From: an uncultured Verrucomicrobiae bacterium
GTDB lineage: Bacteria; Verrucomicrobiota; Verrucomicrobiia; Limisphaerales; Palsa-1400
Direction of reading: 5' to 3'
Length of the DNA stretch: 64,000 nucleotides
NCBI GenBank assembly: GCA_963702845.1
Contig: OY969763.1
Span: 2,368,001 to 2,432,000, forward strand
How positions within the stretch are numbered: the stretch's first letter is position 1; each line of letters begins with the position of its first letter. A program made the position numbers and the translations under genes. Of the stretch, positions 20,572-30,416 are shown one piece after another. The notes beneath the pieces are model-generated. The model was not told where the DNA came from, did not search any database, and saw nothing but the letters and a program-made list of their open reading frames with translations.

Positions 20572-21603
20572 TTAAGCTCCCATGCCTTCTTCGAAGGAAC
20601 CGGCGGCCATCGGGAAGCACAGATTGTCGCGCACGAAGGCGATGCCGTTTGCGCTGGTCGCATCGAGATCGCGATAGGCGCTTTCGGCTTCGACGACGAG
20701 CGGCGCGGTCTTTCGTCCCATGATCTTGCAATAGCGTTGCACGAAGCCAGTGTGGATCAGCAGCTCAACGTAGCGACTCATGTTCAAATCGCCCGACGGG
20801 ATGTCCACAAATTGCATCGCGCGCTTTTGCCAGGACGGTTCCATCATCCGCAGCGGCAGTCCGGGACGGATGACAAAATTCTTCACGTGGCACGCGTAGA
20901 TGCGCGACGCGACTTTCAAGAAGCGCGTTTCCCACGATTCACCTTCCCAGCAGTGTGACGGGTCAGCATTCACGCCCAACACTTTGTCGCCGTCGCACGC
21001 ATCCACGAGCATGTTGAAATCATCGGCACACATCGCGGCGGTGCCGGGATGAATTTCGTGCGCGAGATAAATGCCAAGTTTCTTGGCGTGCGCGCGAAGC
21101 TTCGCAGTTTTGGTAGCAAAACGTTCTTTGCCTTCTTCGATCAAATCGTAATCGCCACCCTTCCAGAATCCCCACGGATAACCAGTCGCTAATTCCCAAC
21201 CAAATGCCACACCCCAGAACATTGGCATGATCTTCACGCCGAGCTCAGCGGAGAGATCCATCAACTTCAGCAAATAATCCTCGCTCCACTTTTCAATCGC
21301 CTTGGCATCCTTCTTCGCGACATCGGGCGGCAGGAACGGACGGACCGTCGGGCTGTTCGTCCATGCCGTCGTGTGAACCCAGAACGGGCAGTGTGCCGAG
21401 ATGCCGTCGAGGATCATGTGGCGTTGCGAGAAAGTCTCCTTGATTTCCTTCGCGCTCTTAAAACCTTTATCGCTTTGCAGCATGTAATTGGACGGCTGCG
21501 CGCCTTTGGCTCCGGAAACCCGGGCGTAGTCGAGGAAGTCAGCGAGAGACTTCGCGCCATGTTGCGCGCCTTCGATGCTTGGATGAAAAATTGTGTCAGC
21601 CAT
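20572..21603 (-). CDS. Sugar phosphate isomerase/epimerase (xylose-isomerase-like TIM barrel)
   Basis: AHEIHPG, NADPSH, CHVKN, VEAE motifs. Confidence 0.85.
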   Translation of the reverse strand: MADTIFHPSIEGAQHGAKSLADFLDYARVSGAKGAQPSNYMLQSDKGFKSAKEIKETFSQRHMILDGISAHCPFWVHTTAWTNSPTVRPFLPPDVAKKDAKAIEKWSEDYLLKLMDLSAELGVKIMPMFWGVAFGWELATGYPWGFWKGGDYDLIEEGKERFATKTAKLRAHAKKLGIYLAHEIHPGTAAMCADDFNMLVDACDGDKVLGVNADPSHCWEGESWETRFLKVASRIYACHVKNFVIRPGLPLRMMEPSWQKRAMQFVDIPSGDLNMSRYVELLIHTGFVQRYCKIMGRKTAPLVVEAESAYRDLDATSANGIAFVRDNLCFPMAAGSFEEGMGA

Positions 21604-21742
21604 AAAATTAGATGTTATGAGTTCGTTGTGTTGACAGTTTGCGAGCGTAAAGCCCTGTCTCGTAGGAGGCAATTGGATTTTTCAACGCAAAGACGCCAAG
21701 GGGGCAAAGATGCGAAAGTGGCGAGAACGGAAAAAATTCGTC

Positions 21743-21820
21743 GGAAAGTCGCACATTGCCGCACATTGTCACACATTCCCGCACATTGTGGCACTTTTGT
21801 GTAAAATAAGTGGCACTTTT
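21743..21820 (-). repeat. 10-bp periodic tandem array (GCACATTGCC unit)
   Basis: gcacattgcc gcacattgtc acacattccc gcacattgtg gcacttttgt. Confidence 0.85.
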
Positions 21821-22366
21821 TAACGTTACAGAGAGCATACCCGATGGGGAAAGTAGCACAGAAAGTGGATGGTTGATGGTCGACGGAACCGAAAATGTTT
21901 CTTTTTTAAAACCGATATTACCCGGCACTACTCGATACCATGCGCTACCCACCCGCGGACACGAATATGCAATTTTCGCTGTTTTTGAAGCGAAATTGAT
22001 CTTCGTTCGTGTTTTTGTTGCGGTTTGCATGGCGTGTTGTTTCCATTTTTTTCTTTTAAAGGGCTTGCTTGCGGCACCTCTTCCCTACCCAAGTAGAGCA
22101 TGCCGTAGTTTAACATGAAGCCACTGTTTGTTAACTATTACAGAATCGACCTATAGGACAGGAACTGGAGTAAAGGCATCGAAAACCAACTCAAGGTGGA
22201 AGCATCTGCAAACTAAAGGAAAATGGCGGCGTCTTTCCAAAAACGAACGATGTTAGGGAGTGATACCTTTTGGGCCCCGTTTGCCGACTTGAACCTGTGA
22301 GAGCCGATCACAGGCGCGAGCACCCAGACGAATGGAGGATCAAAGGTTTAAGAAAGGAGTAGTGTT

Positions 22367-22765
22367 GTGAATCAGACTGTGGAGGAATGGAACAAGACGC
22401 TGGTGCTAATGGCCTTCGACACCTTGTTTAACAAGCGGGACTACCAGGCGGCTGAGCGCTATTGGTCACCTCACTACATTCAGCACAGCGCCCATATCGC
22501 GCCGGGTCGCGAAGGCCTGTTTAATCTCGTCAAGGGCAGCCCGCCAACGCTCAAGTATGAGCCCGGCACAATCGTAGCCGAGGGAGATTTTGTAATCGTA
22601 CACGGCCGGTTTTCAGGAATCGGGCAGCCGGTCAACTGGATTGCCGCTGACATTCTTCGCGTCCAGGACGCAGTCTTAGTCGAGCACTGGGATGTGATTC
22701 AAGACGAAGCCAAACGTGAGGAATCAAAAAGCGGCCTTCCTATGTTCGGCGACGAGTTTGGTTGA
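22367..22765 (+). CDS. SnoaL-like / NTF2 family protein
   Basis: YIQHS, GREG, AEGDFVIVH, VEHWDVIQ; aaggag RBS. Confidence 0.88.
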   Translation: MNQTVEEWNKTLVLMAFDTLFNKRDYQAAERYWSPHYIQHSAHIAPGREGLFNLVKGSPPTLKYEPGTIVAEGDFVIVHGRFSGIGQPVNWIAADILRVQDAVLVEHWDVIQDEAKREESKSGLPMFGDEFG

Positions 22766-24334
22766 GTGAACGCTAAATCGCATAAGTATAGGCTGAACGC
22801 AGTTCTGGCTGCCACGATCCTCGGGTCGAGCATGGTGTTTATCGACTCGACGGTCGTGAATGTCATCCTCCCCCGGCTTCAAGTGGAACTGGGCGTCACC
22901 GGCGTCCAGATCCAGTGGGTGGTGGATGGCTATCTGCTCTTTCTCTCGGCGCTGCTCCTGTTGGGCGGGGCTCTGGGCGACCGCTTCGGGAGGCGCGTTG
23001 TTTTCGAGACGGGCATTGTCGTTTTTGCGGCGGCCTCGGTGGGTTGCGGGCTGTCCCGCAGCTTGTGGTCACTCACTCTGGCCAGGTGCGTGCAGGGAAT
23101 CGGGGGCGCAATGCTGACGCCGGGGAGCCTCGCGATCCTCAATGCGTGCTTTCCTGGCGCCGACCGCGGCAAGGCCATCGGGACCTGGTCGGGCTTCACC
23201 GCGATCACGACGGCTCTTGGCCCAATGTTAGGCGGTTGGTTGAGCGACAGCTTTTCCTGGCGGTGGGTCTTTTTCATCAACGTGCCGCTGGCACTGGTCA
23301 CGTTGTTCATTAGTCGCAAGTTTGTTCCCGAACTGCGCCCGGATGCCGCCCGACCCGCCCTGGACCTCAAGGGAGCCGCCGCTTCGATGCTCGGCCTCGG
23401 GGGTGTTACGCTGGGCCTGGTCGAGTCGGCGCGTGCCGGAGTGCAGAGCCCGTATGTCTGGACAGCTCTCGTCGGCGGTTTGCTCCTGCTGCTGCTGTTC
23501 CTTCGACTTGAAAGTACCTCGCCGGCCCCAATGCTGCCCTTGAGCCTTTTCGAGTCGAAAGTGTTTTCCGGGGCGAACGCTCTGACCTTGCTGCTCTATG
23601 GCGGCTTTGGCGCGGTCTTGTATTTTCTGCCCTTTAACCTGATTCAGGTTCAAGGGTTCACCGCAACCCAGTCCGGCGCTGCGATTTTGCCGCTCGTATT
23701 GATCATGTTCCTGATCTCGCGCTGGTCGGGAAGCGTATATGACAGGTTCGGGGCGAGGCTGCCCTTGACCATCGGTCCGCTCCTGGTGGCGTACGGATTT
23801 CTGTTGCTGGGCTATTTGCCGGGGTTCCACTCCCACTATTGGACGCAATTCTTTCCAGGGATCGCGGTGCTGGCGATCGGGATGGCCATTTGTGTTCCGC
23901 CGCTGACCACGGCGGTGCTGGCGGCGGCGCCGGATAAACGATCCGGCATCGTCTCGGGAGTTAACAACGCCGCTGCGCGATTGGGATCACTCCTGGCTGT
24001 GGCTGGCTTGACCCTCTTTGTTTTCTTTTCCTTTGCCCGGCATCTGCAAATCGAACTGGGCCCTCTGGCGATTAATCCGGACACCAAAGGCCAGCTCATG
24101 GCGCAGTCGCAAAGCCTGGCCGCGCCGAAGATTCCTAAGGCAGATCCGCGCGTGAAATTTCTACTGACGCAGGCGGTTGCTGAGTCGTATTTAAAGAGCT
24201 TCCGGGAGGTGACTCTGATTGCCGCGCTGCTGGCAGTTTCGGGCGCGGTGGTCGGCTGGACGACGTTAAAGGGGGTCGGCGTCGAAGCCGGCGGGAAGAG
24301 TTCCCAAAGGCAGATGCGTCAATGGACTTGTTAG
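22766..24334 (+). CDS. MFS drug-efflux transporter, DHA2 (EmrB/QacA-like)
   Basis: DSTVVNV, GALGDRFGRR, ARCVQGIG, GPMLGG, WRWVFFINVP. Confidence 0.92.
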   Translation: MNAKSHKYRLNAVLAATILGSSMVFIDSTVVNVILPRLQVELGVTGVQIQWVVDGYLLFLSALLLLGGALGDRFGRRVVFETGIVVFAAASVGCGLSRSLWSLTLARCVQGIGGAMLTPGSLAILNACFPGADRGKAIGTWSGFTAITTALGPMLGGWLSDSFSWRWVFFINVPLALVTLFISRKFVPELRPDAARPALDLKGAAASMLGLGGVTLGLVESARAGVQSPYVWTALVGGLLLLLLFLRLESTSPAPMLPLSLFESKVFSGANALTLLLYGGFGAVLYFLPFNLIQVQGFTATQSGAAILPLVLIMFLISRWSGSVYDRFGARLPLTIGPLLVAYGFLLLGYLPGFHSHYWTQFFPGIAVLAIGMAICVPPLTTAVLAAAPDKRSGIVSGVNNAAARLGSLLAVAGLTLFVFFSFARHLQIELGPLAINPDTKGQLMAQSQSLAAPKIPKADPRVKFLLTQAVAESYLKSFREVTLIAALLAVSGAVVGWTTLKGVGVEAGGKSSQRQMRQWTC

Positions 24335-24569
24335 GCCACGGTGGGTAGACGCGACTAAGGTTGTAGGATTGCCAGCTTCCCCAAGTATCCGCAGCGACAG
24401 AGCCTTGAAATTTCCGTCCCTTTGCGCCACGAGGCGAATTCCAACTGTGAGAGCAATACTGGAAATGGGTGCTTGGACTTACCTATCCAACTTGCTGAGT
24501 GCATAAGACAAAACCAACCGCGAACGACCGGTTTTGGACAAGGTTACCGAACCAGCATTGGCAAAATAA

Positions 24570-25736
24570 TCACACTGCCTTCGACAACGAACCTTTGAGG
24601 TAGCCGTGATAGGCGGAAATAAGGTCCTGCCTTTTCGTCGCTACGAGGTACGCGCATGCGCCTTTGAAAAATCTTTGCGCCTCGACCCTATTTCCAAGCG
24701 CCGCATTGATGATCGCCAACTTGGCATTCAGAAGAAGAATCGAACTCTCAAACACGTGATATCTGTTTTTCGCATTTTGAAGCACCCCTGCTAACGATTC
24801 GCGAAACAGGCGGTCAGCCGAAACAAAATCCTTTTCGCGATAGGCGATCATGCCACGAAGACGCGTGACCGCTGGGATTACGATTGCCGCGAGTGTTTTG
24901 CCTTCGACTTTTGACAATAAGACCTTTGCTTCTTCGACAAACTCGAAAGGGTCAAGCAAGTAACTGGCAAGGTCGATACATGCGATCGAATCCTCGTTGG
25001 ATGCAACAAACGATTGACGGCGATATTCAAGTGCCTTGTCGAATTGTTGCGCGACATTATACATCGTGCCGATGTGGGACAGTCGCAACCATTCCGGCAT
25101 ATTCGACGCTGCCGCCTCTTCGCTAAAAAGTTTCATGCCTTGTTCAACCTGGCCGGTGCCGGCCAAAGCTAGGCTCCAATAGCGTGCAACCTCCGCGCGG
25201 CCCATTCCGATTTTTGTGCGTTTGTGCGCCTTATTCAGCTGGTCGATGCATTGCAAAACCTCCTGCCAGCGCCACCATGTGCGCGCAGTGTTCAATCGTA
25301 TGAACAGTTTAGAAGGCGCGGCAAACCAGACGTGAATTACCGGAAACAAAAAGACCACGACGAGCAACAGCGCGCCAATAATAACAATGCCGACTGTTTG
25401 CTGGCGGTAAATACTCCAGGCAAGAAGCACCGCGCAAAAACCGATCGTTCCCTTTGCGTCGACAACGGAGGTCATCCAGCGTTGCCAGAATCCGGGCTGC
25501 TCTCCTTTGTGAAACTGGAGTTCCTCCTTCGGCGTGAGTTGTGGCTGATACTCCGTCGGCGTGACTTTCGCCATCGATTTGTGGATGTAATTCGCGATCT
25601 CTCCTGTGTGAAGTTGCAGTTGCGTCCAGCCTCTTCCTTCAAGAGTTGCTTTTGCTTCCTCGACGTTGGGAGCTTCGACGCGTTCAGCAGATTCCTCTCC
25701 GGACGGATTCTTACCGGACCAAAGGTAGGTTGGCAT
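24570..25736 (-). CDS. Hypothetical membrane protein: PilC/GspF-like N-terminal motif, two TM helices, TPR-like helical C-terminus
   Basis: MPTYLWSGKNPSGEESAERVEAPNVEEAKATLEGRG; hydrophobic hairpin; helical repeats. Confidence 0.65.
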   Translation of the reverse strand: MPTYLWSGKNPSGEESAERVEAPNVEEAKATLEGRGWTQLQLHTGEIANYIHKSMAKVTPTEYQPQLTPKEELQFHKGEQPGFWQRWMTSVVDAKGTIGFCAVLLAWSIYRQQTVGIVIIGALLLVVVFLFPVIHVWFAAPSKLFIRLNTARTWWRWQEVLQCIDQLNKAHKRTKIGMGRAEVARYWSLALAGTGQVEQGMKLFSEEAAASNMPEWLRLSHIGTMYNVAQQFDKALEYRRQSFVASNEDSIACIDLASYLLDPFEFVEEAKVLLSKVEGKTLAAIVIPAVTRLRGMIAYREKDFVSADRLFRESLAGVLQNAKNRYHVFESSILLLNAKLAIINAALGNRVEAQRFFKGACAYLVATKRQDLISAYHGYLKGSLSKAV

Positions 25737-25788
25737 GCGTTCGGGTATATCCGTCCTGACCACAGCCGTCAATTCTGACAAAAAACCG

Positions 25789-25837
25789 AAACGGGGTCAG
25801 TTTAAAACAACCGGCGCCCGACTGGGTGACCCCTTTT
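25789..25837. repeat. GGGGTCA-type inverted repeat (REP-like)
   Basis: aaacggggtca ... tgacccctttt. Confidence 0.6.
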
Positions 25838-26235
25838 CTTTTGCTGTCTAGTGATTTTTGATCAAAGCCAAGACAAGCCCAGAAGAGGCTAAAAGACATA
25901 GCGCCCCGACAAAGCGAATATTGATGATATACACGTTTGATTGCATGAAATTTCTTATGACGGTTTTATTCCGAGTTGGACCGCAATCAAATACCCGTAT
26001 CGCGAACGATTGAACTTTTCGCGGAAAGCATTAAAAAGTAATTCCCAAACCAAGGAATACAAATAACGCAGCTAACGGTCCAAAGAGCTCCATAAAAGGG
26101 TTATTGCGATTGTTCGTCGCTCGATTTGAATTTCTCCACATTGAGATGCGGTCCAAGGAGATGGGGGTTTCCAAGGTCAAATCGCAGCGCAACGTGCTAA
26201 AGCGCTTTTATTTGCTGCGGCTGGCTAACACCAGA

Positions 26236-26340
26236 CGAAAAGGGGTCAAACGCCAGCTCCGGGCGCGCACATCTTCCCCGGCCAACCGAATATTTTCTTC
26301 GAACACGGGTCAGTCCTAACTCTCTTTGACCCCTCTTTCG
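26236..26340. repeat. GGGGTCA-type inverted repeat (REP-like)
   Basis: cgaaaaggggtcaaa (26236) ... tttgacccctctttcg (26325), with an internal gggtcagtc. Confidence 0.65.
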
Positions 26341-26399
26341 AGTTTCGTTGACACCGAGTATGGCGAGTTTGCATCATACTATCGAAGTTCTGTCGTCTT

Positions 26400-28175
26400 G
26401 TGAATTTACTCGGAAAAACTTTCGGAGTGATCGTCGGTTCCGTAGCGCTCGCGGCGGCGACGCTCGCGCAGCCTGCTAATGATAATTTCGCGCAGAGACT
26501 GACTATCATCGGCACTAATATTGCCGTTTCCGGCTCTCTTTCCAACGCGACCGCCGAAGTTGGCGAACTGCTTCTTCCGGGGATTTCCAGCGGCCAGACC
26601 GCTTGGTGGACTTGGACTGCTCCATCAAACGGCATCGTCAACCTTTCCGTTTCTGCCACTAATTTCAACCCACTGCTGACTGCTTACACCGGCACCGATA
26701 TTTCAACTCTTCTCCTCGTCGCGAGTAACAACTATCAAATCTGCTATGCTGACGGCGCATGCGGGTGTCACTGGCGCGAACGCGACGGCACGACTTTCCA
26801 CGTCGCTCGCGGAGAGTCGTATCAAATCGCCGTGGATTCCGCGATTTGGACGGATGCTTCGATGGGAGAGCTGAGCATACCCGTAACCAACGACGAAGGG
26901 GTCGTGGATGGAGATTTGATGTATTGGGGGCCAAGCTTCAACACAAACGTTAATCCCGGTGGTGATTTGACGATGCAATTGCAGTTCACCCCCACGCCAC
27001 GGAACGATGACTTTGAAAATCGTGTTGCACTGTTCGGATCGCAAACCCGAACGCAAACGTCAAACGCTGGTGCGACAAAACAAGCAGGCGAACCTAATCA
27101 TCTTGGAAATCCGGGCGGCAGTTCCGTTTGGTTTTCGTGGACGGCACCGGCATCAGGGCGAGTGACCTTGTCCACAAATAACATTCCGCCCTATTTGCCG
27201 CCGTCTTGGACCGATGGTAACGGCGTCGACGTCATTGATGTTAGTATTGGGCCGCCGAGTTGTGGAGAAGCCATTGACCAAAACCCCCCGCCTGTTTTCT
27301 ATCCACTTTTGGCCGCTTATACAGGCATTGCTGTCGATTCGCTCGCATCGGCAAATTGCTTACCAATGTCACTCGAGGCATATCCCCACGCCGTGGAGTT
27401 CGATGCAATCAAGGGACAAACCTATCCGATTGCATTCGATGGCAATATGGGAACAACCGGCGACTTAACCATGTATCTCGCGCTGACTCGACCCGCGGTT
27501 AACGATAATTTCAAAGATCGCGTTCACCTCCACGGCGTTTATATCGCGGCCAATGGATTCAACGCTGGCGCAACACATGAAAATGGCGAGCCAATTGCGA
27601 ACCGCTCTACCGGCAAAAGTGTTTGGTGGTCCTGGACCGCGCCGGTCACAGGCACGGTCACGGTTAATTTAACCGGGAGTGACTATTCATTTCCTCTTGC
27701 TGTTTTCACGGGAAACAGCGTCTCCGATCTTACCCAAATCGCGACCGGGCAAGGCAACGCGTCGTTCAATGCCACTCAAGGAAAGGTGTATCAAATCGGA
27801 GTTTATGATGCTGCCGGATTGACGGGCCAAATTAAATTTACACTGACCGCCCCTGTAATTGAGCTGCCCCTTCTGCGCAATCAGAGCGCAAGTTGGATGA
27901 GACTTCTTTCCTTCAGAGCATCACCGGGACAAGTCGCACTTTTGCAGACACAGCGGGCGAACCGTTGGTGTAATGTAGCTGTCGCTCAATCGCGTTCAAC
28001 CGTGGTTTGGTTTGCTCTCCCCCGGAATAGCGATATGGGTAACTCTTATCGTGCCGTTGTTATCGACTACAATTCCGCCGCAATGCCTCTCGGCCATACG
28101 TTCGTGTCTGTTGATCACGCCATTCAACAAGGCGAGATCAATGCCGGTTACTTTCCCCCCGTGCCGTCGCATTGA
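26400..28175 (+). CDS. Secreted protein with three NDxF / WWxWTAP (PPC-like) repeats
   Basis: Signal peptide; PANDNF, PRNDDF, AVNDNF, each followed by W[WF][ST]WTAP. Confidence 0.8.
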   Translation: MNLLGKTFGVIVGSVALAAATLAQPANDNFAQRLTIIGTNIAVSGSLSNATAEVGELLLPGISSGQTAWWTWTAPSNGIVNLSVSATNFNPLLTAYTGTDISTLLLVASNNYQICYADGACGCHWRERDGTTFHVARGESYQIAVDSAIWTDASMGELSIPVTNDEGVVDGDLMYWGPSFNTNVNPGGDLTMQLQFTPTPRNDDFENRVALFGSQTRTQTSNAGATKQAGEPNHLGNPGGSSVWFSWTAPASGRVTLSTNNIPPYLPPSWTDGNGVDVIDVSIGPPSCGEAIDQNPPPVFYPLLAAYTGIAVDSLASANCLPMSLEAYPHAVEFDAIKGQTYPIAFDGNMGTTGDLTMYLALTRPAVNDNFKDRVHLHGVYIAANGFNAGATHENGEPIANRSTGKSVWWSWTAPVTGTVTVNLTGSDYSFPLAVFTGNSVSDLTQIATGQGNASFNATQGKVYQIGVYDAAGLTGQIKFTLTAPVIELPLLRNQSASWMRLLSFRASPGQVALLQTQRANRWCNVAVAQSRSTVVWFALPRNSDMGNSYRAVVIDYNSAAMPLGHTFVSVDHAIQQGEINAGYFPPVPSH

Positions 28176-28210
28176 TAAGGTCTGGAGCCATCATCGGCTA
28201 ATTCCTTAAG

Positions 28211-28241
28211 AAAAGGGGGCAGACCCGAATGGCCCCTTTTT
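28211..28241. terminator. Probable bidirectional intrinsic terminator
   Basis: aaaagggggca-gacccgaa-tggccccttttt between convergent genes. Confidence 0.55.
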
Positions 28242-28379
28242 CGTCGTCTGTTGTCTGTCGCGGCTTCCGCGATCACGAACCAATCGCAAGTTCGGCGGTG
28301 GGGAGTTGAATAGTGGGACGATGCGGAAATCGTTCCTACCATTTACCACGGTTGCGCTATTTGTGACAGCGACTATGTG

Positions 28380-30206
28380 CTACCTGAACTCCACGTCATC
28401 AATTTGGAAAACGAACTTTCCAGCGGGTTGGCCAGCGCCGAAGAAAAGGCCGGTGATGTCATGGCCGTCGAGTCCATCGAAATCGCGGAGTTTGAAAGTA
28501 AATTGCTTCCAGTCCGCGCCGGCTTTGAATTTTTGGATGGCAGGTGCAAACCCGCGACTCGTCGCAAAAAACATCACGTTGTAATTGCGTCCATCGCCTT
28601 TGGCCCAGAAACTCATTTCCTTTTTAGAACTAAGGTCAGCGGCGGCCATGGGATAGGAACCGGGAAAGAAAATCGCTCCAGACCAGGCATACGACAGGTC
28701 GCCGACAACAGTGCCTTTGATTTCGAGCGCGCCTTTGCTGTTGTGCGCGCCACCAGAGACGATGCGAAATTCGGACGTCGATTCTCCGCCGCGAAGTGCG
28801 TCAGTGGACCCTTGCCAACCGGAACCGAACTTCACGTCAGGTTCGGAACCCTCGAAGTCGCTGACTAATTTGGTTGAAGGTTGAGGGTTGAGCGTTGAGG
28901 GATTGGACGTGGATTCGTCAGACTTCGTTGTCGCGAATTTCTTGCGATATGTCGCGCGGTCGAGGGGGAAGCCTTCTTTCCAAACGCCGACGATGTGCCG
29001 CGTAGCGAGAATGTTTGCGGTGGGATCGCCGTCGACGAGCACAAGATCGGCGCGTTTGCCGACGGCGATTTGGCCACGGTCGTTCAGGTGAAAACAGCGC
29101 GCGGGAACCAACGTCGCGGCGGCGAGCGCTTCCGTTGGAGTGAGGCCGGCGTGAACGAGATTTTCAAGTTCCTGATGGAGGCTCGCGCCGTGTGCGGTGC
29201 CGGGGTTCGGGCAATCGGTTCCGGCAAGGATCGGGACTGAAGCCGACTTAAGTTGGCGCACGGCCTCCTCGGCAGCGGAGTAGTCGAGCCAGGTTGGAGT
29301 CCGCCATGGGAAAGTGCGCAGAAGTTGGGTTTTGTCACCAGCTGCGATGAACGGCCCAATGTTCGGGTCTTTCGCCAAAGCGTCGCCGCCGGATTGACCA
29401 GCGACACTGCGCAGAACGGCGAGGGTTGGGACGACGAAGGCGTGATGGTCTGCGACCAGTTTTGCGAATTGCGGATCGGGTTTGCGGTCCTGAAATAAGT
29501 GCGCGAGACCATCAGCGCCTGCTTCGATGGCGTCGCGAGCGTCTTGCAATGTTCCGATGTGAACGACGGCGAGTTTCTTGCGATTGTGCGCGGCTTCGAT
29601 AACGGCGTGGAGTGTTTCTTTGCTCAGCGTCGGAATGGTGATGTGATAAGCACTGCCGTTGTCGTAAACGATTTTGATGTAATCGGAGCCTTCCGCGATC
29701 CGCGCATCAACAAACGCCTGGGCATCGTCGGATGGGCGCAGCGTCGGAATTTTTCCGCCATATTCGGTGCCGTGACCGCGCGGTGCGGTCACGAGAATTC
29801 CAGCCGAACGCAAGTCGGCCAATTCCGAGGCGTGAGCACCCTTCAACTCGCGACGCATCTGCGAGAGAGAGTCGAGATCACAAAACATATCCAGCTCCGT
29901 CGTAACGCCGAACACCAGGGCCGCGCGCAGCGAATTGACGGAATGCGCGTGGGCGTGCGCATCGATCAAACCGGGCAGCAGTGTCTTGCCGGCGCCATCG
30001 ATAATTTCGGCATCGGCTGGAATTGGCCCGGTCCCAACAGAGCTGATCTGGCCGTTCTGGATGACAACGGTTGTTGGTGGAAGGGATTGGATGCCGTCAA
30101 AGACACGGACGTTTTTGAAAGCGATTGGGGCGGCGGTAGCGTTTGAGGCAGCAATTAGATAAACGAGCAAAAACGCTGCGATGGGTTTGGTGATCTTTGA
30201 TGGCAT
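28380..30206 (-). CDS. Secreted amidohydrolase with C-terminal CIA30/CBM11-like domain
   Basis: LLPGLIDAHAH, YIKI, AGTD, IAVGKRADLVLVDGDP; C-terminal VSDFE...FWAKGDG...FQIDDVEF. Confidence 0.88.
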   Translation of the reverse strand: MPSKITKPIAAFLLVYLIAASNATAAPIAFKNVRVFDGIQSLPPTTVVIQNGQISSVGTGPIPADAEIIDGAGKTLLPGLIDAHAHAHSVNSLRAALVFGVTTELDMFCDLDSLSQMRRELKGAHASELADLRSAGILVTAPRGHGTEYGGKIPTLRPSDDAQAFVDARIAEGSDYIKIVYDNGSAYHITIPTLSKETLHAVIEAAHNRKKLAVVHIGTLQDARDAIEAGADGLAHLFQDRKPDPQFAKLVADHHAFVVPTLAVLRSVAGQSGGDALAKDPNIGPFIAAGDKTQLLRTFPWRTPTWLDYSAAEEAVRQLKSASVPILAGTDCPNPGTAHGASLHQELENLVHAGLTPTEALAAATLVPARCFHLNDRGQIAVGKRADLVLVDGDPTANILATRHIVGVWKEGFPLDRATYRKKFATTKSDESTSNPSTLNPQPSTKLVSDFEGSEPDVKFGSGWQGSTDALRGGESTSEFRIVSGGAHNSKGALEIKGTVVGDLSYAWSGAIFFPGSYPMAAADLSSKKEMSFWAKGDGRNYNVMFFATSRGFAPAIQKFKAGADWKQFTFKLRDFDGLDGHDITGLFFGAGQPAGKFVFQIDDVEFR

Positions 30207-30340
30207 CGAGTTAGAGTGGTCGAATTGGACGAAACGTGACAATAAAAGAAGGAATTCTTCGGTTTCAAAAAAAATGTCACGTTTTGGACTCGGGCGGCCA
30301 TAGATAAATGCAGGAAACGGATGACTGCAATCTTGCGGGA

Positions 30341-30416
30341 AAAAAACATGTAGCTTTTCCAGGTAACGGAATCAACATAACAGCCGTCCGTTGAATTCAA
30401 GAGGAGGGTAACGCAC
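30341..30416 (+). promoter_or_regulatory. Conserved upstream region, copy 1 (possible ECF-type promoter GGAAT-N17-GTT plus RBS)
   Basis: aaaaacatg...ggaatcaacataaca...cgttgaattcaagaggaggg; near copy at 31092. Confidence 0.55.

Noticed and set aside
21743..21820. CRISPR array (also considered for 41259-41358 and 41500-41652)
   Set aside because: Units are 8-10 bp, degenerate and contiguous, with no unique spacers and no cas genes
22130..22366. Riboswitch or ncRNA in long intergenic regions (also 25840-26230, 50670-50918)
   Set aside because: No recognisable conserved motif or tRNA fold; an Rfam search would be needed
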